Source: Candidatus Levyibacteriota bacterium
GTDB taxonomy: Bacteria; Patescibacteriota; Microgenomatia; Levybacterales; UBA12049
Assembly: GCA_043807135.1 (NCBI GenBank)
Contig: JAZDGF010000005.1
Span: forward strand, 1 to 62,316
DNA length: 62,316 nucleotides
Reading direction: 5' to 3'
Of the stretch, positions 45,784 through 53,918 are shown piece by piece; position 1 is the first letter of the stretch; each line of letters begins with the position of its first letter. Below the pieces are notes generated by a model. It did not search any database and was not told the origin of the DNA. It saw only the letters and a list, made by a program, of their open reading frames with translations. Made by a program: the position numbers and the translations under genes.

Positions 45784-46578
45784 ATGAGCGTTGAGAGAAA
45801 GCATTCAGCAAGTGAAAAACTGGGGGTTGCAGACTTGCTTTTAAATAATCCTTTTATTTCAGAAGCTGAAATTAAGCAAGTAAAAGGGGTTTTGGGAATT
45901 TTTCTTGATCCCAACAACAGGTTTTATCATGCTACAAATCCTGCATATATTTCAAGCGTTCCTCATATAAAAAAAGTAATAGAACGTGTGTGGGAATTTA
46001 CAAACGCATTAAAAGGTTTTCGATTACGAGATGATGCTAGTTTTCATGAAGCATATAAAACTCTAGAGTTCAATAGCGAAAAAGTACTTAGTCCTAATGA
46101 AGATACAAGTGCAAAATCTTTCTTAGCTTATATTAGTAATATGGCAAGAATTTATTTAAAGAGCGCTGCGATAAAAGGTGCTGAGAAATCTTTTCACTCT
46201 ATTGGAAATGGAAAAGGCAACTATTCTGAATTTGATTTACTTATGGAGTCAATTGAGGCAAATCAAGAAATTGTAAAACTTGCTATTGGCGGTTCAATTA
46301 TAGACCCTAATTATGAAAATCCATATGAACCCATTTTAGCTTTAATGGCAGATGGAGCAATAGGATTCCATTTTAGAGAGCGTATTTTAGGAGACGAAGG
46401 GCGTAGAGTGGATTTTCCAGAAGAGCTTATAGTGGATTTTCCAGTAGTTACAAAAGAAGGTAGAAACTTAATAAAGTCAGTTATCGTACCCCTTGAAAAT
46501 TTTGGGCCTGGAGTAAGAGTTACAACTCGAGAGTGGGGGGAGTGGTTAAAAAGAGCTAGGCCTCTTGTTGCAGTATAG
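45784..46578 (+). CDS. Orphan hypothetical protein (264 aa, soluble)
   Basis: A clean ORF behind a consensus promoter. No family is recognised. It ends 3 nt from the tRNA-Leu gene. Confidence 0.6.
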   Translation: MSVERKHSASEKLGVADLLLNNPFISEAEIKQVKGVLGIFLDPNNRFYHATNPAYISSVPHIKKVIERVWEFTNALKGFRLRDDASFHEAYKTLEFNSEKVLSPNEDTSAKSFLAYISNMARIYLKSAAIKGAEKSFHSIGNGKGNYSEFDLLMESIEANQEIVKLAIGGSIIDPNYENPYEPILALMADGAIGFHFRERILGDEGRRVDFPEELIVDFPVVTKEGRNLIKSVIVPLENFGPGVRVTTREWGEWLKRARPLVAV

Positions 46579-46581
46579 CTG

Positions 46582-46665
46582 TGCCGAGGGAGGGAGTCGA
46601 ACCCTCATGAGTTTAAAGCTCATGGGTTTTTGAGACCCACGTGTCTACCGTTCCACCACCTCGGC
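46582..46665 (-). tRNA. tRNA-Leu (anticodon CAA)
   Basis: The minus-strand sequence is GCCGAGGTGGTGGAACGGTAGACACGTGGGTCTCAAAAACCCATGAGCTTTAAACTCATGAGGGTTCGACTCCCTCCCTCGGCA. It folds as a cloverleaf with a 7-bp acceptor stem. The anticodon stem TGGGT/ACCCA encloses the loop CTCAAAA. It has a long variable arm and a T-arm GAGGG-TTCGACT-CCCTC. CCA is not encoded. Confidence 0.92.
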
Positions 46666-46712
46666 TTATAGGTTATTATAGCAGAAACAGGCTTTATTTT
46701 TTACTCTTTAGG

Positions 46713-46721
46713 TGTTAAAAT
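46713..46721 (+). promoter_or_regulatory. Extended -10 promoter, leaderless geometry
   Basis: TGTTAAAAT at 46713..46721, then 7 nt, then ATG at 46729. Confidence 0.45.
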
Positions 46722-46728
46722 ACATCCT

Positions 46729-47685
46729 ATGACACTTCAGGAAATATACGAATTGGCAATTGAAATGGGATCAAAAGCAGATCCTAGGGGAGTTATCGGT
46801 GCAAAAGCTGCACTTGTCAAGGCTAAAAGAGACTATCAGGAATTACCTGATAAAAAAAAGAAATTTTTTGATAAAGAAACTTTTAAAAATCCATACGCTG
46901 ATTCAAGAATTCTTCTTGGTGATCCAAAGAAAAAAATATCTAAAATAATTACTGGGATTGATATTACAACAGGAGAAGTTGTTCTGACAGACAGATTAAA
47001 CCAAAAAGGAGAAAAGATTGATCTAATAATTGGACATCATCCTGAAGGAAAAGCTCTAGCTGCACTTGATGAGGTAATGGATATACAAATAGATGTAATG
47101 TCTCAGTTGGGAGTTCCGGTAAACATTGCAGAATCTTTGCTTAGCGAGCGTATTAGTCAGGTAAAAAGAGGACTTGGTCCTGCTAATCATTTTCAAAGCG
47201 TTGATGCAGCAAGACTTTTAAATATTCCTTTTATGGTAATTCATACGATTTGGGATAATCTTGGATACAATTATCTTTCAAACCATTTAGCAAAGAAAAA
47301 ACTTGAAACAGTAGGGGATGTAATTGATGCAATTGAAGAAGTTCCCGAATTCTTAGAAGCAAAAAAATATAAAACTGGTCCAAAATTAACTTCAGGATCT
47401 AGGAGAAACAGAGCAGGAAAGGTAGCTGTAACCGGTTTTACTGGTGGAACTTCAGGCTCTAAATTAATTTATGAAAGAATGGCACATGCTGGCATTGGAA
47501 CAATTGTTGAAATGCATATGAACGAATCTCATTATGAAGAAGCAAAAAAGCATCATATAAACACAATTATCTCAGGTCATATGGCATCTGATTCATTGGG
47601 TGCTAATTTATTTCTTGATCAACTCGAGAAAAGAGGAATAAAAGTTATTCCTTTCTCCGGATTAATAAGAATTAAAAGAAAATAA
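46729..47685 (+). CDS. NIF3 (DUF34/YbgI)-like metal-binding protein
   Basis: IIGHHPEG and IISGHMASD resemble the paired His motifs of NIF3. The assignment is tentative. Confidence 0.45.
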   Translation: MTLQEIYELAIEMGSKADPRGVIGAKAALVKAKRDYQELPDKKKKFFDKETFKNPYADSRILLGDPKKKISKIITGIDITTGEVVLTDRLNQKGEKIDLIIGHHPEGKALAALDEVMDIQIDVMSQLGVPVNIAESLLSERISQVKRGLGPANHFQSVDAARLLNIPFMVIHTIWDNLGYNYLSNHLAKKKLETVGDVIDAIEEVPEFLEAKKYKTGPKLTSGSRRNRAGKVAVTGFTGGTSGSKLIYERMAHAGIGTIVEMHMNESHYEEAKKHHINTIISGHMASDSLGANLFLDQLEKRGIKVIPFSGLIRIKRK

Positions 47686-47691
47686 TCAAAT

Positions 47692-48246
47692 ATGATTTCA
47701 GTTACAGATCTTCGTGCAGGGACCGTTTTTGAAGACAAAGGAAGTATCTTCCAGGTGCTTTCTTATGAGCACGTTAAAATGGGAAGAGGAAGTGCTAACA
47801 TCAAGCTTAAAGTAAAAAACGTTAGAACTGGTGCTACAACAGAAAAAAACTTCATTAGCGGTGCAAGAGTGAAGCCTGTTTATGTTCTCAAAAGAGACGC
47901 CCAGTATTTGTACAAGGATAATGACTTTGTTTATTTTATGAATCCTAAAACTTTTGAGCAGATTAACATGCGACTTGATCTTGCCGAAGGCTATATCTTT
48001 CTTAAAGAGGGAGAAAATTTCTCCATTTCTTTTCTTGAAGATGAACCTCTTTCTCTAAATCTTCCATCAAAAATGGAATTTATAATTTCTGAAACAGGAC
48101 CTTCATTTAAAGGTAATTCTGCGACTAATGTTTTTAAGGATGCTATTTTGGAAAATGGTTTAAAAACAAAAGTGCCTCCCTTTATTAAAATAGGAGATAG
48201 AGTTAGAATAGATACCAGGACAGGTGAATACACGGAAAAGGCTTAA
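47692..48246 (+). CDS. efp: Elongation factor P
   Basis: 184 aa. DLRAGTVFEDKGSIFQVLSYEHVKMGRGSA is typical of EF-P. Confidence 0.93.
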   Translation: MISVTDLRAGTVFEDKGSIFQVLSYEHVKMGRGSANIKLKVKNVRTGATTEKNFISGARVKPVYVLKRDAQYLYKDNDFVYFMNPKTFEQINMRLDLAEGYIFLKEGENFSISFLEDEPLSLNLPSKMEFIISETGPSFKGNSATNVFKDAILENGLKTKVPPFIKIGDRVRIDTRTGEYTEKA

Positions 48247-48252
48247 AATCTT

Positions 48253-48930
48253 ATGCAATTTTTTATATTAATACTCCTAGTTTGTCTTTTGGTTTTTTTA
48301 TATATTATTTACTTTTTATCAAAAGACGATCTTATTATAATACGAAAAAACGTTGCAATGGAATTTTTATTTAACACTGTTTTTTTAACTGCATTTTCTT
48401 CACTTTTTTTTAGTAGATTGCTTTATGTTCTAATTCATCCAAGACCTGTTTTTCATACAATGCTTGGATTTTTGCTTTTTCCTTATTTTCCAGGGCTTTC
48501 ACTGGCAGGAGCAATTATCGGAGGATTACTATTTCTGTACCCTTATTTGAAAAATAAGGAAATGCCATATGGTAGGATTATGGACTTTTTTTCCCTAGGA
48601 ATGCTTGCAGCGTTATCAGTAGGGTATTTAGGAGTGATTATCTTGTCAGAAGTTTCAGCAAGACTTTTAGCATTATTTACATTGTATTTAATTGGATCTA
48701 TTTCAATGCTTAAGTTTTTATTCCCTTTGTTTTTAAGAGGAAGAATAAGAGATGGCTCCCTTGCCTTAATTTTAATAGCATTGGTCTCTTTTTTTTCCAT
48801 GGTAAGTTGGTTTTTGGACAATAATTATATGAAGTTTTTTGAAACAGAAAACACAATGTTGTTTATTCTATTTTGCTTTTCGCTTAGTTTATTTATATTC
48901 AGAGAATTTATCAATACATCTAAAAAATGA
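48253..48930 (+). CDS. Polytopic membrane protein (possibly Lgt-like)
   Basis: It has about 6 TM helices. The resemblance to prolipoprotein diacylglyceryl transferase is loose, so the function is uncertain. Confidence 0.55.
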   Translation: MQFFILILLVCLLVFLYIIYFLSKDDLIIIRKNVAMEFLFNTVFLTAFSSLFFSRLLYVLIHPRPVFHTMLGFLLFPYFPGLSLAGAIIGGLLFLYPYLKNKEMPYGRIMDFFSLGMLAALSVGYLGVIILSEVSARLLALFTLYLIGSISMLKFLFPLFLRGRIRDGSLALILIALVSFFSMVSWFLDNNYMKFFETENTMLFILFCFSLSLFIFREFINTSKK

Positions 48931-49661
48931 ATATTAAAATAATTTTCGAAGATGATGACATTTTAATCTTAGATAAACCTGCAGGAATAACCGTAAATAA
49001 ATCTCAAACCACAAAAAAAGAAAAAACAATACAGGACTTTTTAGAAGAAAAGCTAGATATTGATTCTGAAAAATATTTAGATAAAGAGACTTCAGATTTT
49101 TATAAAAGAGCAGGAATTGTCCATAGGCTTGATAAAGAGACATCAGGCGTTTTAATTGTTGCTAAAAATAAAGAAGCTTTTGAAAATCTTCAAAATCAGT
49201 TTAAACAAAGAACTGTTAAAAAAACCTATCTTGCATTGGCACATGGTAAAATTTATCCGAAAGAAGGGGAGATTAAAGCTTCTGTTGGAAGACTTCCATG
49301 GAATAGAAAACGATTTGGGATTCTTGCTGGCGGAAGAGAATCTCTAACCAAATATAAAGTAATTTCAATACATAAGTCAAAATTAAATAGCAAAGAGGAC
49401 TTAACGCTAGTTGAGCTATATCCTGAGACAGGAAGAACGCATCAGATAAGAGTACATTTGAAATACATAAACAGGCCTATTTTTTCTGATTTTTTGTATG
49501 CTGGGAGAAAAATATCAAAAGAAGATAGGAAATACTTACCTAGGGTATTTTTGCACGCAGCAAAGATTTCATTTTTTCATCCAAAAGATAAAAAAAAGCT
49601 TTTTTTTGAAAGCCCATTGCCTGAAGAACTAGGTAGAGCGTTAAATACGCTTTGTGAATAA
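48927..49661 (+). CDS. RluA-family pseudouridine synthase
   Basis: It has the catalytic motif HRLDKETSGVLIVAKN and, later, GRTHQIRVH. Confidence 0.9.
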   Translation: MNIKIIFEDDDILILDKPAGITVNKSQTTKKEKTIQDFLEEKLDIDSEKYLDKETSDFYKRAGIVHRLDKETSGVLIVAKNKEAFENLQNQFKQRTVKKTYLALAHGKIYPKEGEIKASVGRLPWNRKRFGILAGGRESLTKYKVISIHKSKLNSKEDLTLVELYPETGRTHQIRVHLKYINRPIFSDFLYAGRKISKEDRKYLPRVFLHAAKISFFHPKDKKKLFFESPLPEELGRALNTLCE

Positions 49662-49706
49662 TTGTAAATCTTCTTTTTTTCCTCTAATATTAAATAAGAG
49701 TACCTT

Positions 49707-50507
49707 ATGAAAAGGAAATCAAAAACAGTAGAAACTAATTTTAAAATTGCAACTATTTTTATAGTAGTTATTCTGTTTTTTATTTTTATCTCCTTTCTCT
49801 TGAAATTAATTCTTTTGTTTCAAAATAGTAAGTTTGATGGAGAGCACCGTTTTACAGTTTCAGTAATTAAAGAAAATGATACTAAGGTTCTTTCATTTTC
49901 GCCTCAAAACAAAACAATATCGCTTCTCTCCATAAAAGGGGAAGTTGAAAACATTGATAGCTTTTTAAAAATTCCAATAGATGCATCTATTGAATCAAAA
50001 AAGCTAAGCTTTTCTAGTAACAATATTGCCATAGGTTTTTTAAAAACAATGCTAGGTTTAAATGGAAGATATTCAGGTATTACTTCAATTGATCTCTTAA
50101 GGCTTTCATATTTTGCTCGGTCACTTCCTTTGACTTCTGTTTACGAAAAAAAAGTTTCCAATACAGATGATGAGCTTAAAAGAAGCTCAGTTCTTTATTC
50201 TTTTTTTACAGATCAAGAGATTCTCAATGAGAAGAAAAGAGTTCAAGTAATAAATGGTACTGATGTCTCTGGGGTAGGGGGCAAACTTGCTAGTGTTGTA
50301 AATAATATGGGGGGAGATGTAGTACTTGTTTTATCAGCAGATAAAGAAGAGGAAAACTCAAAAATTATATATTTTGGTGAAAAAAGCTACACAGTTAAAA
50401 GACTTTCATCAGTTTTAAATTATCCGGTTGAAAAAGCAAGAGAGAAGTCCATCGCAGATGTTATAATTGTAATCGGAAAAGATAAGATTGCTGAATTTAA
50501 ATATTAA
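49707..50507 (+). CDS. Membrane-anchored LytR_C-domain protein
   Basis: An N-terminal TM helix is present. The C-terminal VQVINGTDVSGVGGKLASVVNNMGGDVV is LytR_C-like. Confidence 0.65.
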   Translation: MKRKSKTVETNFKIATIFIVVILFFIFISFLLKLILLFQNSKFDGEHRFTVSVIKENDTKVLSFSPQNKTISLLSIKGEVENIDSFLKIPIDASIESKKLSFSSNNIAIGFLKTMLGLNGRYSGITSIDLLRLSYFARSLPLTSVYEKKVSNTDDELKRSSVLYSFFTDQEILNEKKRVQVINGTDVSGVGGKLASVVNNMGGDVVLVLSADKEEENSKIIYFGEKSYTVKRLSSVLNYPVEKAREKSIADVIIVIGKDKIAEFKY

Positions 50508-50509
50508 GT

Positions 50510-50656
50510 ATGTTTTTAAAACTGGTTGTTGTTATTTTCATAGTTTCTTTTTTAATGTCTTTAAATTCGCTAAGAAAGGAGAGTTCAAAGAAAGAGCTTA
50601 AAAAAGCTAAGCACAAATTGTCTAAGGGGAGAGTCGTGTTTCAAAGAAAAGATTAA
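50510..50656 (+). CDS. Possible 48-aa membrane peptide
   Basis: ATG lies 3 nt after the preceding stop. The product is MFLKLVVVIFIVSFLMSLNSLRKESSKKELKKAKHKLSKGRVVFQRKD. It is below the ORF-track cutoff. Confidence 0.35.
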   Translation: MFLKLVVVIFIVSFLMSLNSLRKESSKKELKKAKHKLSKGRVVFQRKD

Positions 50657-50677
50657 TTTTTTACTTTTTGTCCTATT

Positions 50678-51346
50678 TTACTTACTGCTTCTTAACTTAA
50701 TCTTATTAAAAGTCAGTCCATGGTCTTCAGTTGTAACAAAGGATGGAAGATTTCTATACTTAGTTGCTCTTTTTATCTCCTTAATAAATATAAATACTTT
50801 GCTGTTTATAGTTGATTTTATAAATGCTTCATATTTATTGCCATTTTTAATAAATTTAATCAAGCGATTGCCAATATCGTCTGGAAGTACTCCAATGTAC
50901 TGTTTTTCTCCTTCTTGAACAAAGATTTTCGATCTTTTTATTGATAAGTTTACACATTGACCGATTCTTAGTGTTTGAATTATGTTTGATTGAGCAACAT
51001 TTACAAGCTCAACGATTTTTGTTTTGCCAGTTTCTTCCAGGAAATTACAATTTATTTGTCCTCCATTTGTAGTTTGTAAATCTTCAGTTTTTTCGCTTAG
51101 TTTTTTAATGTTTCTTTGAGCAATGGGGTTAAGAGGATCTAGGTTAAAAACCTTTTGATAAGTATTTTTTGCATCTTTTATTTTTCCTGTTACTGTATAG
51201 GCAAGTGCGAGACGGTTTAGAGTATCAATATCATCAGGGGTTTGAGTAAGGATAGTTTTATTTAGCTCAATTGCCGCTTGCCAATCTCCCGTAAGAGCAG
51301 TTTTTATTGCTTGATCTTTTAAATTTATAGCTTGGAGATCAATCAT
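50678..51346 (-). CDS. TPR-repeat protein
   Basis: TPR-like helices are present (AIELNKTILTQTPDDIDTLNRLALAYTVTGKIKDAKNTYQKVFNLDP). The start is trimmed to ATG 51346 because the TTG at 51400 is the -35 box of this gene's promoter. Confidence 0.7.
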   Translation of the reverse strand: MIDLQAINLKDQAIKTALTGDWQAAIELNKTILTQTPDDIDTLNRLALAYTVTGKIKDAKNTYQKVFNLDPLNPIAQRNIKKLSEKTEDLQTTNGGQINCNFLEETGKTKIVELVNVAQSNIIQTLRIGQCVNLSIKRSKIFVQEGEKQYIGVLPDDIGNRLIKFIKNGNKYEAFIKSTINSKVFIFIKEIKRATKYRNLPSFVTTEDHGLTFNKIKLRSSK

Positions 51347-51371
51347 CTTTTTTGGAGTGAAATATTGAAAA

Positions 51372-51400
51372 ATTCTACTATGATTCATTGCAAAAGTCAA
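51372..51400 (-). promoter_or_regulatory. Sigma70-like promoter
   Basis: On the minus strand: TTGACT (51400..51395), 17 nt, TAGAAT (51377..51372), then a 25-nt leader to ATG 51346. Confidence 0.5.
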
Positions 51401-51444
51401 TACTGAAAGAGTATAATAACAAAGAAATTCCCGTTTTTTTTAAT

Positions 51445-52167
51445 ATGAGTGGACATTCAAAATGGTCTCAGATTAAGAGACAAAAAGGTGTAACAGACGT
51501 AAAAAGAGGATTAACATTTACTAAACTTTCTAATGCTATCACAATTGCTGTTAAGCAGGGTGGGGGAATAGATGATCCTGAGCAAAATTTTAAATTAAGA
51601 CTTGCTATAGATACTGCTAAAACAGCAAATATGCCAAAGGAAAATATAGAAAGAGCAATAAAAAGAGCTCTTGGTAAAGATGCAGGGCTACTGCAGGAAG
51701 TTGTTTACGAGGGTTTTGCTCCTGGAGGCGTATCTTTAATAATTGAAGCGGCAACTGATAATTCGCAAAGAACGACATCCTTTATAAAAAGTCTTTTTAA
51801 TAAATCAAACGCAAGTTTTGGACAACCGGGATCTGTCTCATATCAGTTTAAACACAGTGGGCAAATTGTTGTAAAGAAAAAAAATAAAAATATTGATAGT
51901 GTTTTTGCAATTGCTGTTGAAAATGGAGCAGAGAATGTTGAAGAACTAGACAATGAAGTTTTGGTATTTACTTTAGTTCAAGATCTTGCGAAAATTAAAG
52001 AAAAGCTAGTTAAAAAGGGAGAAGAGGTACTTAGCGCAGAGATTATAAGAATGCCTATTGTTTCAGTTGAAATTAAAGATGATACTATGCTTGGTAAGAT
52101 AGAAAAGTTTATATCAGCGCTTGAAGAGTTGGAAGACGTACAAAAAGTGTACTCAAATATAGCGTAA
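51445..52167 (+). CDS. yebC: YebC/PmpR-family transcriptional regulator
   Basis: MSGHSKWSQIKRQKG is the family N-terminus. The start is trimmed from 51388. Confidence 0.92.
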   Translation: MSGHSKWSQIKRQKGVTDVKRGLTFTKLSNAITIAVKQGGGIDDPEQNFKLRLAIDTAKTANMPKENIERAIKRALGKDAGLLQEVVYEGFAPGGVSLIIEAATDNSQRTTSFIKSLFNKSNASFGQPGSVSYQFKHSGQIVVKKKNKNIDSVFAIAVENGAENVEELDNEVLVFTLVQDLAKIKEKLVKKGEEVLSAEIIRMPIVSVEIKDDTMLGKIEKFISALEELEDVQKVYSNIA

Positions 52168-52179
52168 CACACTACAGAC

Positions 52180-53013
52180 ATGAGAAATAGAAGAATACCA
52201 TTACTAGGATCATTTTTTTCAGGTTTTTTATCTTTTGAGAAATTTTTATTAAGCAAAAGACAAAAGCTAGTATTATCAGTAATATTTCTTTCAATAGGGT
52301 TATTTGTTTCGGAATATTTTTTGGGTAAATCTGGAATATATATTATTTTCGTTTTATCGATACTTACCAATGTTTTTCTATATCTAGTTCTTAGAAGTGA
52401 TTTGAAAAATAATTTTTTACCTCAGATTTTTATTCTTCCGTTTTTTTATAGTCTTGCTTTTGGAATGTTTTATTTCTTAGTACCTACAAGAATGCTTGCA
52501 AGAATTATTATGACGAGTCTTTATACAATTGGTTTGTATTCACTATTTTTAAGTGAAAACATCTTTACTGTTTCTTCAATGAGAACAATTGCTCTTTTGT
52601 CCGGGGCTAGAACAGTTGCTTTTACGATAACACTTGTTTCTTTTTTCTTTTTATCTAATGTTGTTTTTACACTTCACCTAAACGTTTTCATAACCCTTGC
52701 TCTTATTTTTATCTACACATTTTCTCTTGTCCTGCATTCCTTGTGGAGTTATAGCCTTGAGAAAAGTTTACGATCAGAAATGATCTGGGTATTTTTTCTT
52801 ACAGTTTGTCTTTTCGAACTTTCTATTGTTCTTTGGTTTTGGCCAAGTACACCAACCTTAATTGCACTATTCTTAACAGGTGTTTTTTATTCGTTGATTG
52901 GCTTGACTCAAGCTTGGTTTGATAAAAAACTATTTAAAGCAGTAATTTGGGAATATGTATCAGTTTCCATTATTGTATTTGCTGCATTAGTTATTTATAC
53001 TTCTTGGGTTTAA
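52180..53013 (+). CDS. Polytopic membrane protein, unknown function
   Basis: 277 aa with about 8 hydrophobic helices. No family is recognised. Confidence 0.6.
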   Translation: MRNRRIPLLGSFFSGFLSFEKFLLSKRQKLVLSVIFLSIGLFVSEYFLGKSGIYIIFVLSILTNVFLYLVLRSDLKNNFLPQIFILPFFYSLAFGMFYFLVPTRMLARIIMTSLYTIGLYSLFLSENIFTVSSMRTIALLSGARTVAFTITLVSFFFLSNVVFTLHLNVFITLALIFIYTFSLVLHSLWSYSLEKSLRSEMIWVFFLTVCLFELSIVLWFWPSTPTLIALFLTGVFYSLIGLTQAWFDKKLFKAVIWEYVSVSIIVFAALVIYTSWV

Positions 53014-53086
53014 AAATAGGGAAGTGCAGATTAGAAAAAAGCCTCTTTTTAGTAAGATAAGATAAGCAATAAATTCTGCAATTAAA

Positions 53087-53108
53087 AATAGCTTCAAAAT
53101 AGCTTCAA
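53087..53108 (+). repeat. Tandem 11-bp direct repeat AATAGCTTCAA x2
   Basis: Read directly at 53087..53097 and 53098..53108. Confidence 0.85.
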
Positions 53109-53208
53109 TTCTACACAAAAAAAACAGCATATGGATATAAATAGGGAAGAGAGTAAAGGGGAGCACAAGAGATAAAGAAGTGCGAAATATGTGATATAGT
53201 TTGATATA

Positions 53209-53230
53209 TCCTATAATAATTATTATAGGA
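53209..53230. repeat. Perfect 22-bp palindrome TCCTATAATAATTATTATAGGA (core of a dif-like 28-mer, 53206..53233)
   Basis: Read directly. As a 28-mer it reads ATATCCTATAA-TAATTA-TTATAGGACTT. Confidence 0.85.
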
Positions 53231-53879
53231 CTTTTTTAGATATAAAAAACCTATGTGGATAAGTGTTTTCACGTTTATTTAAAGGGAGTTTTCACAGGGT
53301 TGATTACTGTAGTTCTACCTATCGGGAATAGAAGATAGATACGAAGTAAGTTAATCGAAAAAAATACGAATGCTCCTTTCCAAAGATAGCAGAGACAAAA
53401 CGTTTTATTTTTAAAGCTAAAATAAAGAGTTTAGATTGATTTAATAGGCTAAACCAGAGTTGATCCAGAGATGACAAGAAAAGAAGGTGCTATCGTAGCT
53501 TGCACATAATAAAAATTGATTGTAGGTCAATAGAAGAGGACATGGTTCTTTTATTTAAGTATCCAGTTCTCTTGTGATATCATCCTCCGTTCTCATAGAA
53601 GAAAAAATCCAGATTTCTAGCAATAGGAGGTCTTGAGTGGTCATGTCGCACAATAATACTTTTACGACGCCACTCAGGCTCGGTACTGGGAGAAGTGCTT
53701 ATTTAAGTAAGGTTTAAAAATAAAATTTTAAATCTTTTCTTATATACGTATTCCTCTGTCTTTTATTTCCTGTTGTTTTATCCTCCTAGATTTTTTTACC
53801 ACCTCCCCTACTATAGGTTTTCTAGTTTTTATTATTTTTGAGGCTATTCAAGGCTAAATTTTACACAATTATTGGTCTT

Positions 53880-53908
53880 CTCCGAGGCTGAAGCGGAGGT
53901 TTTTCTTT
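53880..53908 (+). terminator. Hairpin plus T-run oriented for a + strand transcript
   Basis: CTCCG aggctgaag CGGAG followed by GTTTTTCTTT. The T-run exists only on the + strand, so it does not serve the convergent pilin-like gene. Confidence 0.4.
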
Positions 53909-53918
53909 CTATTCTATG

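Larger units (their letters stand above)
53014..53918. other. 905-bp ORF-free, repeat- and hairpin-rich intergenic island
   Basis: No ORF of 60 aa or more in any frame. Most other spacers in the window are under about 150 bp. The internal elements are described in the findings. Confidence 0.9.

Noticed and set aside
53254-53296. Possible oriC. A perfect DnaA-box 9-mer TGTGGATAA (53254-53262) is followed by two GTTTTCAC(G/A) near-boxes inside the long AT-rich spacer.
   Set aside because: One perfect 9-mer in about 125 kb of two-strand sequence is close to chance expectation. The near-boxes each have 1-2 mismatches. No dnaA or dnaN is adjacent. Flanking genes converge on the region rather than diverge from it, which is the opposite of the usual origin pattern. 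I keep it only as an alternative, to be settled by GC skew.
53643-53717. A 24-codon ORF (MSHNNTFTTPLRLGTGRSAYLSKV) downstream of an AGGAGG, as a possible small peptide or RiPP precursor.
   Set aside because: The SD-to-ATG spacing is 12 nt, which is long. The ORF coincides with the 53632-53678 hairpin. It has no neighbouring modification or transport genes and no recognisable motif.
53014-53918. A known housekeeping RNA (tmRNA, RNase P RNA, SRP RNA or 6S) hidden in the ORF-free island.
   Set aside because: I looked on both strands for hallmark strings. These were the GGAAAGTCC-type P4 of RNase P, a tRNA-like GGTTCGA T-arm plus a GGGG..CCCC acceptor for tmRNA, and the GGAAG/CAGG domain IV motif of SRP. 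None was found. This is an eye scan only and a covariance-model search is still needed.
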